DNA from: Nannocystales bacterium
GTDB lineage: Bacteria; Myxococcota_A; Polyangia; Nannocystales; Nannocystaceae
DNA length: 64,000 nucleotides
Direction of reading: 5' to 3'
NCBI GenBank assembly: GCA_050633305.1
Contig: JBOEGF010000002.1
Coordinates: 249,624-313,623, forward strand
Positions 39,310-48,555 of the stretch are shown piece by piece (within the stretch, counting starts at the first letter, position 1; every line of letters starts with the position of its first letter). The notes below the pieces were generated by a model that was given only the letters and a program-made list of their open reading frames with translations, had not been told where the DNA came from and ran no database searches. The translations under genes and the position numbers were made by a program.

Positions 39310-39840
39310 ATGCACCTCCTCTTGGAACTCCTGGCGGCGCTCGGCCTTCTGGGTCCAACGACCGCCCCCTCCGACGAAGCCAAGCCCGCCGAGACTCACA
39401 CCGTGTCGCCGGCCCCGCGCGCGAGCATCCCGCCCAACCTCGAGGCCACTTTGAAAGACGGACCACGAGACAAGCACCGGGTGGTCGTCCGGTTCGAGGA
39501 CGATGTGGATGTCGCCGCGCTCCGGCGGAAGCACGCCTCCACCGCGAAGTTCATGCGCGCGCTGCGTTCACTCCGCGCACAGGAGCGAAAGACCATGCTC
39601 GCGAGGTTTCGGCGAGCAGGGTTGAAGGTCGAGGACATCCACGCGTTCACCCTCGTCAGCGCAGTCTCCCTCACCGCGCCTGGCCGCGACATCCTGAAGC
39701 TGGCGTCCCTCGATGGGGTCACCGCCATCACCGCGCCCCAGAAGCGCAAGCCGACCGGCAAGAAGAGACCGACCGGTAAGAAGAGTCCGACCGGCAAGAA
39801 GAGACCGACCGGTAAGAAGAGACCGACCAGGACCCTGTGA
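39310..39840 (+). CDS. Secreted I9-propeptide-like protein with basic repeat tail
   Basis: Signal peptide; HRVVVRF...HAFTLVSAVSL...LASLDGVTAI; (KKRPTG)n tail. Confidence 0.6.
   Translation: MHLLLELLAALGLLGPTTAPSDEAKPAETHTVSPAPRASIPPNLEATLKDGPRDKHRVVVRFEDDVDVAALRRKHASTAKFMRALRSLRAQERKTMLARFRRAGLKVEDIHAFTLVSAVSLTAPGRDILKLASLDGVTAITAPQKRKPTGKKRPTGKKSPTGKKRPTGKKRPTRTL
39751..39828 (+). repeat. 18-bp tandem repeat, about 4.3 copies
   Basis: CCGACCGG(C/T)AAGAAGAG(A/T) encoding PTGKK(R/S). Confidence 0.9.
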
Positions 39841-39953
39841 ACACGTCAGCGCGCCCGACGGTCGGGACACAGCGCGTTCGACACCCCAAGAGAGCAAAGG
39901 GGCATCCCCAGGCCGAATGCTTGGCTCGACAAGCACCCGCCCGCCCGCCCGTC

Positions 39954-41087
39954 TCAGTAGGAGACCTCGACGGCGACGCTCGCCGCGTCGATCTCACTCT
40001 GCCAGGGGAACGTGGTCTCGACGTGGCCGAAGCGCAAGCGCAGGGTCTCCCCCTCGTTCGATTGGAGGAAGGAGAGCAGCTCGCCGCTGTCGATGGTGGT
40101 CTCTTCCCAGGTGACGCCGACCGTTCCCACCATGTCCACGGGCAAGTACAGCTCGAAGAGGATCGGGGCGTCGAAGACGTCCTCGGCAGGGTCGATCAGG
40201 TCGACCCGGAATGCGTTGGACTCGGTCTTCGCTCCACCGGAACCCACCATGATGGTCTGCACGAGGTCGGGCGACAGCACGGCCCCGGGGTTCTGAGCGA
40301 AGTCGACTGAGAACGCCGCTGCGGTGATGCCCACCGGGACCTCGAAGTCTTGATACAGGGTCCGAGCCGCCGGCCCGCTCGAGAGGCCAGCCGTAACCAC
40401 ACCCGATCCCGCGGCCGTCTCGGTAAACACAGTAGTCTGGTCGATTGCCCCATCGGGGTTGTTCACCGTCATCCAGTCGGTGAACGCGTCGTCGAAGGCT
40501 CCGTTGAGAAGCAGCTCGCGCGTTCCACTGCACAGCGGAGCCTCGCAGCTGTCGCCCTCTTCGCAGGAGTTGTCGCAAGAGCCACATGCGTCCACCGTGT
40601 CGAGCATGGCTTCGCAACCGTCCGCCTCGGGGTCGCAGTCACCGAACCCGTCGTCGCAGGTGAACCCGCAGCCTCCGTCACACGCGGGCACTCCGTTCGC
40701 GCCGTCTGGGCAGACCTCACCACAATCGAGGCAGTTCATCGGGTCGGTCTGCAGGTCGATACACATGTCCCCGCATGGAGTCAGTCCTTCATCGCAGCTG
40801 ATTCCACCCGACGAGGAGTCGGCCGCCGTCGACTCCGAACCGCCGCTGGACGCATCGGTCGTGCTGGTGCCACCCGAAGTCGTCGAGGGGTCGGTCGTGT
40901 TCGTGGGGTCGGTCGTGTCCGTGACCGTGGCCGTCGCCGTCGCTGTCGTGTCGGACGAGGTCGACCCCCCGTCGTCGTCATCGTCCGTCCCGGCGTTCCC
41001 TGAGTTCACGTCGTCGCCACATGCCGCGGCGGGGCTGAGAAGGGTCAATAGGAGTAGTCGTCGAAGGGCTGGGTGTGAAGTCGGCAC
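39954..41087 (-). CDS. Cys-rich lipoprotein with C-terminal CBM-like jelly-roll
   Basis: AAAC lipobox; T/S linker; CIDLQTDPMNCLDCG; LLNGAFD..W...LYQDF..P. Confidence 0.8.
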   Translation of the reverse strand: MPTSHPALRRLLLLTLLSPAAACGDDVNSGNAGTDDDDDGGSTSSDTTATATATVTDTTDPTNTTDPSTTSGGTSTTDASSGGSESTAADSSSGGISCDEGLTPCGDMCIDLQTDPMNCLDCGEVCPDGANGVPACDGGCGFTCDDGFGDCDPEADGCEAMLDTVDACGSCDNSCEEGDSCEAPLCSGTRELLLNGAFDDAFTDWMTVNNPDGAIDQTTVFTETAAGSGVVTAGLSSGPAARTLYQDFEVPVGITAAAFSVDFAQNPGAVLSPDLVQTIMVGSGGAKTESNAFRVDLIDPAEDVFDAPILFELYLPVDMVGTVGVTWEETTIDSGELLSFLQSNEGETLRLRFGHVETTFPWQSEIDAASVAVEVSY

Positions 41088-41269
41088 CGCACTATCGTGC
41101 GCCTTCGGGCGACTTCAACAAAGGGCGTGACGCCGGCAAACGTGGCCCGAGTGAGACCCGTTCGCGACATCGCGCGCGCGAACTTTTCGTACGTTGTTGA
41201 CCCCCGTCCCGCTACGAGCCGGATCCCCGGAACCTCGTCCCACCAGCTCGATACCGGGCGGCCGCCCTC

Positions 41270-41327
41270 GTCTCGGAGTCGTGCATGGCGCGACCGGATG
41301 GCCAGGGTCGAAGCGTTCCGGGACCCG
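41270..41327. repeat. Compact copy of the RAYT downstream flank (blocks A+B)
   Basis: gtctcggagtc(g/a)tgcatggcgc(g/t)acc matches 42424-42449; ga(t/c)ggccagggtcgaagcg(t/c)tccgggacccg matches 42542-42572. Confidence 0.8.
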
Positions 41328-41412
41328 GCCGCGGGCGACGGCTGATGTACGAAGCACATCTCCCGGCCTGGATCTCTCCACCTCCCCAGACTCGACGTCT
41401 CCCTCCCGCGGT

Positions 41413-41586
41413 CTATCTTCCTCTTGTGGGCTCGGCAGTCTCCATGTCGCTCCGGAAGACCTCGTAGACCACGAAATCAGTGCCGCCCGAGCCCAGGAAC
41501 TCGGCCAACAGCGGTTTGACCTCCCCCTGCCACGACAGCTTGCCGAGACCGGCGACGATCTTTGGTAACGCAACGGACGAGGGCCC
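41413..41586 (-). pseudogene. C-terminal remnant of a macrodomain (TARG1/DarG-like) gene
   Basis: Reads SVALPKIVAGLGKLSWQGEVKPLLAEFLG..FVVYE; preceded by an in-frame TAA and has no start. Confidence 0.65.
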
Positions 41587-41882
41587 TTACAGTGCCCAAC
41601 GCCGACGCCCGCGTCTCCATGGCTTGGCTTCCCACTCGTGTGCTCGCTGGCAAGACGTGCCAAGGCTGCGCGGACGCTCCGCAAGCCACGCTCGACGCAG
41701 AGCACATGGCACTTCCGATGCTGTTCCAGCGTTCGGTTCTCGTTGCACGGAACTCCATCGCGCGGCTCGAAGGGCCCAGGCCCCCGCTGGCCGACCGCTG
41801 ACCCACTAGGGACAGGTTCCCAACGCGTAGGATTTCTCGCAGGGCTCGTGATCGAACTTCGCTCGGGAGCGACTACCAGTGC

Positions 41883-42371
41883 GTGAACCTTCGTAAAGGA
41901 CTCTTGCTCGCCTCTTTGGCGGCTATCGTGGCGTGTGACAACGACACGCGGTCGTGCACCGATCAATCGTGCACGCCCTTGAGGATCGAGATCGAGCTGG
42001 ACACGGCGTTGCTCAGCGAACCGACGATCGAACTCGTCGCCGATGGCGAACCATTCTCGCAGACCTGCTCCCTCCCCGAACTCGACGTCTACCGCCCTTG
42101 TGTGACGCAAGGGGGCGACCTCGGCGAGCAATTCGCCGTGAGCACCGACTTGCTCGGGCGCGAAGGCAGCGTCGTCGCGATCATCACAGTGGCCAACTAC
42201 GGCAAATCCCACAGGACTGGGCCAAGCCAGCTCCAGGTGTCGATCGATGGCGGGGAAGGCGAGGTGTTTGGGGAGGTGTTCTCGCCCGAATACGAGGACC
42301 TCGGCGAGTTCTGGGGCGCGGGCTGTGGCACATGCTCCAGCACGGAAATCCTGCGACCGCTGGCCGACTAG
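41883..42371 (+). CDS. Hypothetical lipoprotein bracketed by REP-like inverted motifs
   Basis: AAIVAC lipobox; paired Cys; GGGACAGGTTC at 41809-41819 and GAACCTGTCTC at 42397-42407. Confidence 0.75.
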   Translation: MNLRKGLLLASLAAIVACDNDTRSCTDQSCTPLRIEIELDTALLSEPTIELVADGEPFSQTCSLPELDVYRPCVTQGGDLGEQFAVSTDLLGREGSVVAIITVANYGKSHRTGPSQLQVSIDGGEGEVFGEVFSPEYEDLGEFWGAGCGTCSSTEILRPLAD

Positions 42372-42387
42372 GACCAAGCGCGTCAGA

Positions 42388-43662
42388 GGGGGGGGAGAAC
42401 CTGTCTCGGGGGGGGGAGAACCTGTCTCGGAGTCATGCATGGCGCTACCAGACCCCCGAGCACTCAACACCCCGCGGACGCACGGAGTCTTGCGAAGACT
42501 CGAACCCTCCCTGGCCCCGAGGGACGTGCACCCATGCGCCTGACGGCCAGGGTCGAAGCGCTCCGGGACCCGAACAACCAGCGCGAACGGACGAGCCAGG
42601 GCCCGCCTCCCGGAGTTCCAGTTTTCCCCGGCCTACGCGACCAGAAGCAGGTCAAGCGGGATCGGCTCGGTCAGCACTTCGTGCCGCAACCGCATCCGGA
42701 CCGTCCCCGCCGGAAACACCACATCACGCTCGCCAGCGTTCCACCGAGCGAGCGCGAGTCGATAGTCTCGCAAGAACCGCCCCCGCAGCCCCCTCATCCG
42801 GCTCCGTTGCTCCCGTGTCTGGGTCGAGAACGTCGGCTGCCGGCCAAACAACTCCGCCCCTTTTGTGGGCACGGTCGACCAGTGGACTCTCAGAGCGGCC
42901 TTCATCCCGAGCACAGGTTTCCCTGCGCGTTCGACCTGAATCTTGGCCTCACGCTTTTTCAGCCCTTCGCGGACTTTCGCACGAAGCTCCTCATCCGACA
43001 GCTCGGGCATGATCCGGGGCCGATCGATCATGAGCACGGCGGTCTCGGGCATCTTCGAGCGGTCCGCGAAGGCAGCTCGGCCGGAGCGTTGGGAGCGCCG
43101 GCGGTGCTTGTGCTGTTGCTTCTTTGACCAGATTCCGATGCGCGGCTTCGAGATGACGTACTGCTTGCCGTACGGCATCCGCAGCGAGTTCAACCCCTTC
43201 CAGTGCGCGGCCTTGTGGACAATGCCAGCCGCAACGGCGTTGGCGAGGGTGTAGACGCAGTGCTCGAGAACCCTCTCGTCACCCAGGACTGTCTGAATGC
43301 CGGGTCCATCCGCGAAGAACTTGCCGCCCTTGCCGCGGAGCGCGTTCAGCTCGCGGGCGACGACTGCGTTGAAATCCTGAAGGAAGTCGCTGACTCGCCC
43401 GAACCGGTCGAACAACACGATATGGTAGTGCGTCGAGAGGAACTCGTAGAATTCCATGCCCCATTTCTCCCTGTGCTTCGAGGACACGGCCGCGAAGGCG
43501 AACTCAAGAACGCGATTGACGCGTTTTCTGGGAACGAGACGGTAGCTGCGATGGACCGCGCGCACCGTGACGTACAGCGTGGTGTCAGGATAGAGGTTTC
43601 GGGGGCTCGACATTGCACGGCAACGGTCGACCGTGGGCCGCGGCTGTTGCACGAGACAGGTC
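42388..43662 (-). mobile_element. RAYT locus with REP-like inverted flanks
   Basis: ACCTGTCTCG (42420-42429, tandem-duplicated with G-runs from 42388) and CGAGACAGGT (43652-43661); hairpin GAGTCTT-GCG-AAGACTC 42485-42501; palindrome ACGGTCGACCGT 43623-43634. Confidence 0.65.
42633..43613 (-). CDS. REP-associated tyrosine transposase (RAYT / IS200-like Y1 HUH)
   Basis: YVTVRA; STHYHIV (HUH); CVYTLANAVAAGIV (catalytic Tyr); C-terminal FPAGT. Confidence 0.85.
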   Translation of the reverse strand: MSSPRNLYPDTTLYVTVRAVHRSYRLVPRKRVNRVLEFAFAAVSSKHREKWGMEFYEFLSTHYHIVLFDRFGRVSDFLQDFNAVVARELNALRGKGGKFFADGPGIQTVLGDERVLEHCVYTLANAVAAGIVHKAAHWKGLNSLRMPYGKQYVISKPRIGIWSKKQQHKHRRRSQRSGRAAFADRSKMPETAVLMIDRPRIMPELSDEELRAKVREGLKKREAKIQVERAGKPVLGMKAALRVHWSTVPTKGAELFGRQPTFSTQTREQRSRMRGLRGRFLRDYRLALARWNAGERDVVFPAGTVRMRLRHEVLTEPIPLDLLLVA

Positions 43663-43780
43663 TTCCGGACTGGTCTCTCCCGCCCCTCTGATCTCCTCGC
43701 CCCTCAACCCCAACAGCTGCCGGCGAAGTTTCTAGCCCTTGCGACTGTTCGTTCACGGGCATGCGTTCTAGAGTCCAGGT

Positions 43781-44995
43781 GTGACGATGTCTCAAGTTAA
43801 CCGGGTCGGTTCAGGGCGTGCAGCGAGTCTCGGCTTTGCACTCGGGACACTCGCGACACTCGCGACACTCGGGTGCTCGAGCGACGAGGCCGGAGCCGGA
43901 GCCACCGACGGTATCGAGTCCGCCGGTGTCGACGCTGACCCCGGTGTTTCGGAGTCGACAGGCGACGCACCGTCTTCGACAAGCTCAGGCGACGCCACCT
44001 CCACGGGGCCTGGCGGCGTCACGTCGATGACCTCCGACGACTCCGACGACTCAGACTCCGGCCCCCCGCCGATCGTTCTCGACGTGAACGAGGTCCCCAA
44101 GGGCAGCGCAGCGTGCGATGAGCAAGCACCGACGATCGACTTCGTAGAGCCGACGATGGTCATGGTCCTCGACCACTCGGGTTCGATGGGCGGCAGCTTC
44201 ACCGATCCCGTGCTCGGCTCCATCACGCGGTGGAATGCGCTTCACAACGCCGTCACGTTTATCCTCGAGAGCTACGCACCGGTCGTCGAGTTCGGCGTCA
44301 AGGTGTTTCCCACCAACTCCAGTGACAGCTGCGGCGTCTCGGCGGGCCTCGACGTGGACCCAGCACTCGACAACGACGCCCCGATCCTCAGCTCGATACC
44401 GCTGGCGTCCAGTAACGGCACCGGAGGCACGCCCGCCTACGAGGCGTTCGTCCAGGGAGCCCTCTCGCTCGTCCTCGAGGCCGATCCGGACCGGCCTCGC
44501 GCCGCGCTGCTCGTCCTCGACGGGGACGCAGGGTGCGCGGGTTCTCCGGCAGCGCTGACGACCGAGATCGACGCTCTGTTTCAGAGCCACGGGATCCCGA
44601 CCTATGTCGTCGGCGTCGACATCGGCACGGCCACGGTCGCTGCCATGAACGGCTACGCGGAGGCCGGCGGCGTCCCGCTCGGCATGCCCGGGGACGTCGA
44701 GCGCTTCTACAACGCCACCGACACCACTCAGCTGCAATCGTTCATGGACGTGGTCATCGGCGACTTGCTCAGCTGCGACCTTGACCTCGACCCGGCCCCC
44801 ACGCACCCCAGCCTCGCTGAGGTCGACATCGCTGGCGGTCAGTACGACTTGATCGATTCCGAAGCATGCGAGGCCGGCGAGGAGGGCTGGACATACAGCG
44901 TCGAGTACACCCAGATTCGCCTCTGCGGAGCAGCCTGCGAGGCCTACCGCGACGTTCAGCAGGCCGACGTGGCGTTTTTCTGCCCGCAGGGATGA
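43781..44995 (+). CDS. vWA domain lipoprotein
   Basis: TLGC lipobox; VLDHSGSM MIDAS; GGTP; LVLDG; IPTYVVGV; IRLCGAAC tail. Confidence 0.88.
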   Translation: MTMSQVNRVGSGRAASLGFALGTLATLATLGCSSDEAGAGATDGIESAGVDADPGVSESTGDAPSSTSSGDATSTGPGGVTSMTSDDSDDSDSGPPPIVLDVNEVPKGSAACDEQAPTIDFVEPTMVMVLDHSGSMGGSFTDPVLGSITRWNALHNAVTFILESYAPVVEFGVKVFPTNSSDSCGVSAGLDVDPALDNDAPILSSIPLASSNGTGGTPAYEAFVQGALSLVLEADPDRPRAALLVLDGDAGCAGSPAALTTEIDALFQSHGIPTYVVGVDIGTATVAAMNGYAEAGGVPLGMPGDVERFYNATDTTQLQSFMDVVIGDLLSCDLDLDPAPTHPSLAEVDIAGGQYDLIDSEACEAGEEGWTYSVEYTQIRLCGAACEAYRDVQQADVAFFCPQG

Positions 44996-45241
44996 GCCCG
45001 CACCCAACCACGAGTTCCGCCGCCGCAATCAGCGAAGCGGCACGGACTCTGGCGCACGCGCGACTCAGCCAGGCGTTCGAAGCTCGGGAACGTGTCCTTC
45101 GAGGACATTATCCGCAATAGCCGGCCCCGGCCACAGGCCTGAACATTCCGGGACGTCGACCGCATGCGGCTGTGACAATAAAACGTCGACGAGTTGTGGT
45201 TGGGCGCGTTCTCGCGCACCCGGAGCGGCGCGTTGTTGCGT

Positions 45242-45463
45242 CTACCGCGTCACGGAGGTGTCCAGGCAAATCGGCTGGGTCGAGTCGTCCATGGACATGA
45301 GCCTATGCTCGAGCGCCTCGATCTCCTCCTGCAACCGCTCGACCACCCTCAGCCTTCGCATCGCGAGCCCGCGATCGCCCGTCGCGTACGCAGCATTGAG
45401 GTAGGAGAGGCGTTGACGACGCAGCGCCCCCAACTCGATCTCCAGATTCGCTCGTGCCGACAC
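45242..45463 (-). CDS. Small helical hypothetical protein
   Basis: GTG start; coiled-coil-like VERLQEEIEALEHRL. Confidence 0.35.
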   Translation of the reverse strand: MSARANLEIELGALRRQRLSYLNAAYATGDRGLAMRRLRVVERLQEEIEALEHRLMSMDDSTQPICLDTSVTR

Positions 45464-45710
45464 TCTTGAGTTGTACTCCGACCCGCAACCGAGGGCCCGA
45501 AAACGACGCCGAGATTCGACGTGCGCGCTGGGTCGGTTACGACGCCCACGGGATCGGCGAGGCTGCGACTGTGGAGATGTAGGAGCGGTGGGGCCTGGCT
45601 GGGGGCGCTCACGCCCCGGACAACTGATGTTCCGCCGTGGTCGCGCGAGACGAATCGGAGAACGTCCGGCGTGGAGGAGTCGCGGCACGAGGCCCCCGGA
45701 AACTAAAAAA

Positions 45711-45743
45711 TTGATAATCCAATCAAACTTGATAATATGATCA
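45711..45743. promoter_or_regulatory. Two 15-bp boxes TTGATAAT-NNN-ATCA in an AT-rich island
   Basis: 45711-45725 and 45729-45743, upstream of the FG-GAP gene. Confidence 0.5.
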
Positions 45744-45856
45744 CATTCATCCTGAGGCGGGAATATGAGCCCTCTAGGGGCACTTCACGGACTCTCGAAG
45801 TCGCACGCCCCCAAAGCCCCCGAAGCCTCCGCACTTCGCGCCCCCCATAGCAGCCG

Positions 45857-47839
45857 ATGCCACGCCCGCGCCCGACGACAACTCCCCTGACCCCCTTCCG
45901 TACCGCGAAGGCGCTCGTCGCCGATCAAGACCCGAGCGGCCACAACGTGTCCGCCTCGACAGCGAAGCGGACACGTCGGCCTTCGAGCGCCTACGAGTCG
46001 AGGGCGCCGCTGTTGATGCTCTCCCTGTGTTTGAGCACGACGGGGTGCTTCAACCCGGACGACGCCCCGGCAGCCGACGGCGTTGGCGAAAGCTCCACCG
46101 GCATGGCGACCACGAGCGGGGTCGTGAGCACTTCGGGCTCGAGCACAACCAGGTCCAGTACGACCTTGCCCAGCACGACCCCTCCGGCCGACACCACCGG
46201 CAGCACGAGCGGCGGCACGGAGCTTTCCGAAACGACGACAGCATCGGACGAGACGACGACGGGCGCGCCGGCGGTGCTTTGTGGCGAGGACGAGTTCGTC
46301 GCCTCGGGCGTGTGCCTGATGTGTCCCGAGGCGACGTGGAACGAGGCTGGCGATGATGCGGCCGGCCCGGACACGGTGTGCGATGACGCGTGCTCAGAGG
46401 TGCTCGGGGTGACGTGTGACGTCTACGAGCAGGGGTACGTCAAGGCGAGCAACACCGACGAAGAAGACACCTTCGGCTTCTCGGTCGCGATCTCCGGCGA
46501 CACGCTCGCCGTATCCGCGCCAGAAGAGGCCAGCGGGGGCACGGGGGTGAACCCGGACGCTCAAGACGACAACACCGCCGGACAAGCGGGCGCGGTGTAT
46601 GTCTTCACGCGCGCCAATGGGGAATGGAGCCAGCAGGCCTATCTCAAGGCGGACAACTCGGACGCAGGCGACCGGTTCGGGGAGTCGATTGCGCTGTTTG
46701 GAGACACGCTGGCGGTTGGGGCTCCGTACGAGGGCAGCGGGAGCGGTGGGGTAAGTCCGCAGGGATCCGCAGACAACTCCGCCTCAGGCTCCGGTGCCGT
46801 GTACATCTTCGAGCGCAGCGCGGAAACGTGGACGCAGCAGGCATACGTCAAAGCCAGCAACACTGGTGCGGGGGACAGGTTTGGCGTTTCGGTCGCGCTC
46901 TCGGGGGACACGCTGCTCGTGGGTGCGCCCCGGGAGGATGGCGCGACCACGGGGGTGAACCCGGCCGACCAAGGGAACAACTCGGCCTCCAGCGCAGGCG
47001 CGGCCTATGTCTTTGAGCGGGTCGGCGTCACGTGGGTCCAGCAGGCCTATCTCAAGGCGAGCAACGCCGACGCGGGCGATCGCTTCGGCTCGTTAGTGGC
47101 GTTGTTTGGAGACACGCTGGCGGTGTCTGCCTGGGCTGAGGATAGCGCGGCGGTCGGGGTCAATCCCGACGGTGAGGACGACAACTCCACATCCAACGCT
47201 GGCGCGGTGTACGTGTTCGAACGCAGCGACGCCACCTGGTCGCAGCAGGCGTACTTGAAAGCGAGCAACACGGACGAAAACGATGAGTTCGGTTCTTCGG
47301 TGGCCCTCTCGGGCGACACCCTTGCAGTGGGGGCGTGGGGGGAGGCCAGCGCGACAACGGGAGTCGACGGTGACCAGAGTGACAACTCCCTCGTTTTGGC
47401 GGGTGCCGTCTACGTGTACCAGCGGGTTGCGGGTGCCTGGTCACAGCAGGCGTACATCAAATCGGACAATCCGCGTGACGGTGACAGCTTCGGCGAGTAT
47501 GGCCTCGCACTCTCGGACGACATCCTGGCCGTCGGTGCTTGGAGAGAAGACAGCGCCGCGACCGGGCTCAACGGAGACGCGACCAACGACTTTGCCCCGC
47601 AGGCTGGTGCGGCGTATCTGTACCGCCGCATGCGCGAGACGTGGTCGCCCTTGGCGTACATCAAGGCCGAAAACACAAACTCCGGAGACGCGTTTGGACG
47701 CTTTTTCGCGCTGTCGGACGGCACGTTGGTCGTCGGGGCACCGGGCGAGGACAGCGATGCGACGGGAGTCGACGGCGACGCCAGCGACAACTCCGCCGAC
47801 GACGCCGGGGCAGCGTATCTCTACCAAGTTGCCCCCTGA
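45857..47839 (+). CDS. FG-GAP/integrin-alpha 7-bladed beta-propeller lipoprotein
   Basis: TTGC lipobox; seven Y(V/L/I)K(A/S)xN....D.FG..GA repeats; true start probably near 46016. Confidence 0.9.
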   Translation: MPRPRPTTTPLTPFRTAKALVADQDPSGHNVSASTAKRTRRPSSAYESRAPLLMLSLCLSTTGCFNPDDAPAADGVGESSTGMATTSGVVSTSGSSTTRSSTTLPSTTPPADTTGSTSGGTELSETTTASDETTTGAPAVLCGEDEFVASGVCLMCPEATWNEAGDDAAGPDTVCDDACSEVLGVTCDVYEQGYVKASNTDEEDTFGFSVAISGDTLAVSAPEEASGGTGVNPDAQDDNTAGQAGAVYVFTRANGEWSQQAYLKADNSDAGDRFGESIALFGDTLAVGAPYEGSGSGGVSPQGSADNSASGSGAVYIFERSAETWTQQAYVKASNTGAGDRFGVSVALSGDTLLVGAPREDGATTGVNPADQGNNSASSAGAAYVFERVGVTWVQQAYLKASNADAGDRFGSLVALFGDTLAVSAWAEDSAAVGVNPDGEDDNSTSNAGAVYVFERSDATWSQQAYLKASNTDENDEFGSSVALSGDTLAVGAWGEASATTGVDGDQSDNSLVLAGAVYVYQRVAGAWSQQAYIKSDNPRDGDSFGEYGLALSDDILAVGAWREDSAATGLNGDATNDFAPQAGAAYLYRRMRETWSPLAYIKAENTNSGDAFGRFFALSDGTLVVGAPGEDSDATGVDGDASDNSADDAGAAYLYQVAP

Positions 47840-48055
47840 ACCCCCGCCGTAACCCCACACCAAGTCGTGGCGACTGCAACGTCTTCAACCGGCCCCCTTG
47901 GAATCCGCGGACAACATCGACCATCGGGATTGTGGCCGAGCCCGGTGACGGGCGGCCAACCTCGTGGCGCACAATATCGACGCCCTCGAGAATCCTTTAG
48001 CAGCACCGAAGCCATGGGGCTGCGTCGGTTTGTGTGCGTCGCTTTGGGGTTCCTA

Positions 48056-48370
48056 TCATACGACCGACCGGCTCCGCGGGCGGGTCCAGAGTTCGCCCGC
48101 GGGTTTGTTGCAGCCGAGTTGGTCCACCACGGCAAGGCCTGTCGTTGTGCGATTGACGGTGGCCAAAGCGTGGTTCGACCCGCGGTACTGCTCTGCAGTG
48201 CTCGTACACGCGACGGCGGTTTTCGAGGTGTCGTTGGCGGTCCCGCTCTCCAGCAAGTTATCGGCCGCGGCCGTGGCTGGGAGGGTCAGCAACGCACCGG
48301 CCAACAGGCAGGATGAGAAGAACATGCCGCTCATCACGGTGGTCGTGCCGCTGGGCCCGGTCGTGCTCAC
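48056..48370 (-). CDS. Short secreted protein or gene remnant
   Basis: Signal-like LLAGALLTLPATAAA, then a short body. Confidence 0.3.
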   Translation of the reverse strand: MSTTGPSGTTTVMSGMFFSSCLLAGALLTLPATAAADNLLESGTANDTSKTAVACTSTAEQYRGSNHALATVNRTTTGLAVVDQLGCNKPAGELWTRPRSRSVV

Positions 48371-48555
48371 AATAACCTTCGTCCGCGAATCAACCGCCAG
48401 GGGTGGACCAACGTCGCTTTTCCACTTCGTTCACCGATTCGCCAGCTCGAGCTCAGTCCTCTTCGCGCCCGATTGATGCAATGAATTCATGCCACGCGCG
48501 ACGCCGTGACGTTGCGCCTCTCCCCGCCGGGGTGCGGCCCTTGTATGATTCGGCG

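Noticed and set aside
39751..39828. 18-bp repeats as a mini-CRISPR
   Set aside because: No spacers, in-frame coding, and no cas genes.
42633..43613. IS605/TnpB (OMEGA) system
   Set aside because: No TnpB/IscB ORF adjacent; the length and C-terminal extension fit a RAYT.
46871..46882. GGGACAGGTT match to the REP-like motif
   Set aside because: Inside the CDS, encoding the conserved GDRF; explained by protein constraint.
46430..47830. Long-period nucleotide repeats that might suggest an array
   Set aside because: They are the seven coding FG-GAP blades, not CRISPR or ncRNA repeats.
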